This document shows, in pieces, positions 28,291 through 32,000 of a stretch of DNA of 32,000 nt. Position 1 is the first letter of the stretch, and each line of letters starts with the position of its first letter. The position numbers and the translations under genes are program-made. The stretch is from Candidatus Baldrarchaeota archaeon (GTDB lineage Archaea; Asgardarchaeota; Baldrarchaeia; Baldrarchaeales; DXJG01): contig DXJG01000010.1 in assembly GCA_019056805.1 (NCBI GenBank), positions 1 through 32,000 on the forward strand, read 5' to 3'. Under the pieces are notes generated by a model. That model worked only from the letters and a program-made list of their open reading frames with translations, was not told the origin of the DNA and ran no database searches.

Positions 28291-29905
28291 CCCTAAACTC
28301 ATCGGAAGAATAGTAGGCGAAGCATCCCCAACAGAATTCCTATTCGTAGCAGACAAAGAAAACCACCCACCAAAATACGAATACGTCATAGTACACTCAA
28401 AAGAAGACGTAAACGGCACCATACAACAAGTACAAGTACTAGCACAAGTAACAGGAGTAATATCAAAAAGCATTTCCTACAATAAGGACCTAGACTTCGA
28501 AGCCTTAGAAAGAATGTTCCACGCAGGAATAGAAGACATCAACGTAATCTGCCAAGCAAGAACCCTAGGCTACATGGCAGAAATCAACGGAAAACGAGAA
28601 ATCCTAATACCAAGAAGAGCAATATACCCAGGCAACGAAGTATACCTAGCTCCAGATAAACTAGTACAAGAATTCTTCTCATATCCTGAAGAAGAAGGAC
28701 TACACATAGGCTACCTAATATCAAGAGCCACAATACCCGTCCACATATCACTAAACGGCTTCAAAAGACACCTAGCCATACTAGCACAAACAGGAGCAGG
28801 AAAATCATACACCGTAGGCGTACTAGTAGAAGAACTCTTAGCGAAAGGAGCCACCATCATAATAATCGATCCTCATGCAGACTACGTTTTCCTAAGCAGA
28901 AAACCCGACGGAACAAGATACGAGTATGCAAACAGAATAAAAATATTCAGAAACCCCAGCAGCACAGGAAGATACTCCAAAGAGGAACTAGACAATGTGT
29001 ACGACTACACAATAAAATTTTCCGACCTAACAGACGAAGAAATATGTGAAATCCTAGAAATACCTGAAAAATGGACAAATATCAAAGCAATAATATCAGA
29101 AGCCCTCAACCAACTAAAAACCGAAGAAAACAAAGAATACACATACCAAGACCTCATAAACAAACTACAAGAAATAGCTCAAAGCGACGACAAAAAGAAA
29201 GCACTCCACGCCTACAACGCCCTAAAATACGTCAAAAAACTCGAAAAACTAAAGGTTTTTGGAGACAAAACCACACCAATAGAAGAAATGTTAAAACCAG
29301 CTCAACTATCAGTCATAGACCTCTCAGGTCTAAACGATGCAAGCATGGACTACATAACCTACCGTATCCTAAACAGCTGCTACAACGAAGTATCAAACGG
29401 AAACTTCCAATACCCAATCTTTGCCATAATAGAGGAAGCCCACAAATTCATACCCAGAAAAAGAGAAAGAAGAAGAATGTCCAGAGAAATAATAAACGTA
29501 ATCGCAGCAGAGGGAAGAAAATTCGGAATATTCATGACCCTAATAAGCCAAAGACCATCAAAAGTAGACCCAGACGCCCTAAGCCAATGCAACAGCCAAA
29601 TAATACTCCGCGTATCAAACCCCATCGACCAAAGAGCAATAATAGAATCAAGCGAAAGACTAAGCGAATCCCTACTCAGAGACCTCCCAGGCTTAAACGT
29701 AGGAGAAGCAGTAATAGTAGGTGAAATATCAAAAGTACCAGTAATGGTCAAAATCAGAAATAGACGTACAAAAGAAGGCGGAGCAGACATAGACATACTA
29801 ACAAAACTCAAACAAGCAAGAGAAGAAACAAAAATCCTACAAGAAATAAAAGAAACCCGAGAAAAAACCATTACACGAGAAAACACAATGCTCTCAGAGG
29901 TCTGA
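28274..29905 (+). CDS. herA: HerA bipolar helicase/ATPase
   Basis: HAS-barrel-like N-terminus, Walker A AQTGAGKS, IDPHADY, Walker B IIEEAH, GRKFG, SQRP, LPGLNVGEA. GTG start overlaps the nurA end by 17 bp. Confidence 0.95.
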   Translation: MSNTHNPKLIGRIVGEASPTEFLFVADKENHPPKYEYVIVHSKEDVNGTIQQVQVLAQVTGVISKSISYNKDLDFEALERMFHAGIEDINVICQARTLGYMAEINGKREILIPRRAIYPGNEVYLAPDKLVQEFFSYPEEEGLHIGYLISRATIPVHISLNGFKRHLAILAQTGAGKSYTVGVLVEELLAKGATIIIIDPHADYVFLSRKPDGTRYEYANRIKIFRNPSSTGRYSKEELDNVYDYTIKFSDLTDEEICEILEIPEKWTNIKAIISEALNQLKTEENKEYTYQDLINKLQEIAQSDDKKKALHAYNALKYVKKLEKLKVFGDKTTPIEEMLKPAQLSVIDLSGLNDASMDYITYRILNSCYNEVSNGNFQYPIFAIIEEAHKFIPRKRERRRMSREIINVIAAEGRKFGIFMTLISQRPSKVDPDALSQCNSQIILRVSNPIDQRAIIESSERLSESLLRDLPGLNVGEAVIVGEISKVPVMVKIRNRRTKEGGADIDILTKLKQAREETKILQEIKETREKTITRENTMLSEV

Positions 29906-29907
29906 AA

Positions 29908-31080
29908 ATGACGATGTCAACAATAAAAATCTTACACACAGCGGACAACCACCTAGACCCAACTCTAACCATGTACAGACACAAAATAAACGAAAGAAGA
30001 AAAGACTTCTGGAATACATTCAAATACCTCCTAAACTACGCAGATCAAAGAAAACCAGATCTATTTCTAATATCAGGAGACCTATACGACAAAGTTAACC
30101 CCAGAAACCCACCGAGAACACAAATCCTAAAATATTTCAGGCATCTGCACAACAAAGGAATAAAAATCTTCCTAATAGGAGGACACCACGACACTCCACG
30201 CTCAATTGAGGAAGGAGCTTCGCCTCTAGACGAACTCGCCGCCTCAGGATACGTAACATACCTCCCAGGAATAAACAAACCAGCCGTACAACACGTAAAA
30301 ATAAAAGACCTAGACATCTGCATATCCGGCCTAACCTACAACTTCAACCTAAACCCGGGAGAAGACCCCTTAGAAAAAACAAAACCGAAAACAGAAGGCG
30401 ACATCAACATACTAATGCTACACTACACAATACAAGGATTCACACCAACCTATATGACAAACGAACCAACAGTAAAAACCTCAAACATACCAAACGAAAT
30501 AAACTACGTAGCAGCAGGACATCTACACGAACACAAAGAAAAACAACGAGGAAAAACCCTCATTGCATACCCTGGAAGCACAGAAAGAAGAAGTTTCCTA
30601 GAAGAAAAAACAGAGAAAAAAGGCTTCCTATGGATAGAACTAAACCAAGAAAAAACAGTAAACAAAGAATTTATCGAAGTACCTACGAGACCAATGAAAA
30701 CCCTAACCTACAAAATCACACCAAACACAAAAAACCCAACAACAGAAATAATCACCTACGCCTTCCAACATAAAAACCCAGAACTAATTTTAAGACTACA
30801 AATAACAGGAAAAGTACCCCTAAACATCCTAACACAATACCAAAGAAACGAAATACTAAGAAAACTCCTCGACCACTTCTTCTACATAGTAATAGACGAC
30901 AGAGACCTCATATACAAGGCAGAGAAATTCGAAACAATAGAAAGGTTAACGCCTCTCAAAGCCTTCACAGACTACATGAACCAACTAATACAAAAAGAAA
31001 AAGACCCCCAACGAAAAAGAATACTCGAACTAGCAAAAGAAATAGGCATAGAAAAACTTGAAGAGGCAGGAGCATGGTAG
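29908..31080 (+). CDS. mre11: Mre11 nuclease
   Basis: Phosphoesterase motifs ADNHL, GDLYD, GHHD (variant), MLH, GHLH and YPGSTER. Confidence 0.94.
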   Translation: MTMSTIKILHTADNHLDPTLTMYRHKINERRKDFWNTFKYLLNYADQRKPDLFLISGDLYDKVNPRNPPRTQILKYFRHLHNKGIKIFLIGGHHDTPRSIEEGASPLDELAASGYVTYLPGINKPAVQHVKIKDLDICISGLTYNFNLNPGEDPLEKTKPKTEGDINILMLHYTIQGFTPTYMTNEPTVKTSNIPNEINYVAAGHLHEHKEKQRGKTLIAYPGSTERRSFLEEKTEKKGFLWIELNQEKTVNKEFIEVPTRPMKTLTYKITPNTKNPTTEIITYAFQHKNPELILRLQITGKVPLNILTQYQRNEILRKLLDHFFYIVIDDRDLIYKAEKFETIERLTPLKAFTDYMNQLIQKEKDPQRKRILELAKEIGIEKLEEAGAW

Positions 31081-32000
31081 TCTTAAACCGTCTAGAAGCT
31101 CAAAACTTCAGAAAACTAAACCTAACACTAGACTTCCCAGAAGGAATGCTAATAATAAAAGGACCAAATGAAGCGGGAAAATCAACAATCCTAGAAGCAA
31201 TACTTTATGCCCTATTCGGAAAACTAATGCGAGGAACAAAAGAACTAGCCATAAACCACCAATCAAACATCGCAAAAATAAAACTAACATTCACAATAAA
31301 CAACCAACAATACCTAGTCCAAAGAATCATAAAAAGAAACGGAACACAAGCAAAAATCTGGAAAATAACCCCAAACGGACTAGAACCACAAGCATTAACA
31401 ATACAAGAAACAAACAAATTCATAAAAGACCTACTGGGAGGCCTATCCTTCAACGAAATCCTAGTAACAAACATAGTAGCACAAAAAGAACTAAACAAAC
31501 TCACAGAACTAAAAGGACAAAACAGAGAAAAAATAATAAACGCCCTTCTAGGCCTCGACAGCTACAACAAAGCAATAGAAAAAATAACAGAAGACAGAAG
31601 AAACAAAAAACACGAACTAGAAACAAAAACAGAAAAACTTAACCAAATAACCAAAAGACTAGAAGCATATAGAAGAGATGTAGAAGATCTGAAAAGTAAG
31701 CAACAAAAACTAAAAGAAAACCAAGAAAAACTCGAAAAGAAAACCAAAGAATTTGAAGAAAAACATCCCGTATATCTCAAACTAAAAGAATATAGAGAAG
31801 CTCTAAACAAAAAACGCCAATTAGAAGCTGAACTAAAAGGAATAGAAAACATGATAAAACAACTTCAACAAAACCTACAAAACCTAGAAAAACAAACAAC
31901 AGAAAAACAACAAACACTTAACAAAACAAAAGAAATACTGACACAACAAAACGAACAACTCAACAAAGAAAAACTAAAATTAGAAGAATACAAAAACTTG
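31074..32000 (+). CDS. rad50: Rad50 ATPase, N-terminal part, 3'-truncated by the window edge
   Basis: Not in the ORF track. ATG 31074 overlaps the mre11 stop. MVVLNRLEAQNFRK..GPNEAGKSTILEAILYALFG (Walker A), Q-loop VAQKEL, then coiled coil open to the end of the window. Confidence 0.95.
   Translation, partial: MVVLNRLEAQNFRKLNLTLDFPEGMLIIKGPNEAGKSTILEAILYALFGKLMRGTKELAINHQSNIAKIKLTFTINNQQYLVQRIIKRNGTQAKIWKITPNGLEPQALTIQETNKFIKDLLGGLSFNEILVTNIVAQKELNKLTELKGQNREKIINALLGLDSYNKAIEKITEDRRNKKHELETKTEKLNQITKRLEAYRRDVEDLKSKQQKLKENQEKLEKKTKEFEEKHPVYLKLKEYREALNKKRQLEAELKGIENMIKQLQQNLQNLEKQTTEKQQTLNKTKEILTQQNEQLNKEKLKLEEYKNL

Noticed and set aside
29071-31852. 217-aa alternate-frame ORF in herA, and antisense ORFs in herA, mre11 and rad50
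   Set aside because: A/C-rich DNA lacks T-initiated stop codons. The products are K/R/N/T-rich or F/L/S-rich strings without domains.
1-32000. tRNA, rRNA, IS elements, inteins, Sec/Pyl readthrough
   Set aside because: I saw no GC-rich structured RNA, transposase, terminal repeats or intein motifs, and no conserved gene is interrupted by an in-frame TGA or TAG. This was checked by eye only; tRNAscan-SE and Infernal were not run.

Overview
AT-rich archaeal chromosomal segment, probably from an anaerobic thermophile of TACK/Asgard affinity. This is an inference from GGAGG/GGTG ribosome-binding sites, TATA-like promoters, a roadblock/LC7 protein, hypD, a DUF234-type archaeal ATPase and a nurA-herA-mre11-rad50 operon. 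Most genes are single housekeeping or metabolic genes: the 3' end of a glycyl-radical activase, trxB, a radical SAM/SPASM protein, glnA with a divergent Lrp, hypD, an acyl-CoA synthetase, two amidohydrolases, an M28 peptidase, xth, a cupin, pyk and sixA. There is also a membrane zinc-ribbon/PrsW-protease cluster and a patch of decayed genes at about 20.3-21.3 kb. The window ends inside rad50. I found no rRNA, tRNA, CRISPR array or transposase. Best leads: (1) a Cys/His zinc-finger micro-ORF missed by the ORF track and split by a 1-nt shift in an A7 run just upstream of nurA; (2) a PrsW protease plus two membrane zinc-ribbon proteins that may be a regulated intramembrane proteolysis module; (3) a thioredoxin reductase lacking the NADPH-binding motif next to a glycyl-radical activase; (4) non-canonical active-site residues in Mre11 (GHHD), NurA (His to Asp) and an HD protein (HN); (5) a strong, patchy A+C strand skew. 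All family calls come from motif recognition by eye; no database search was run.
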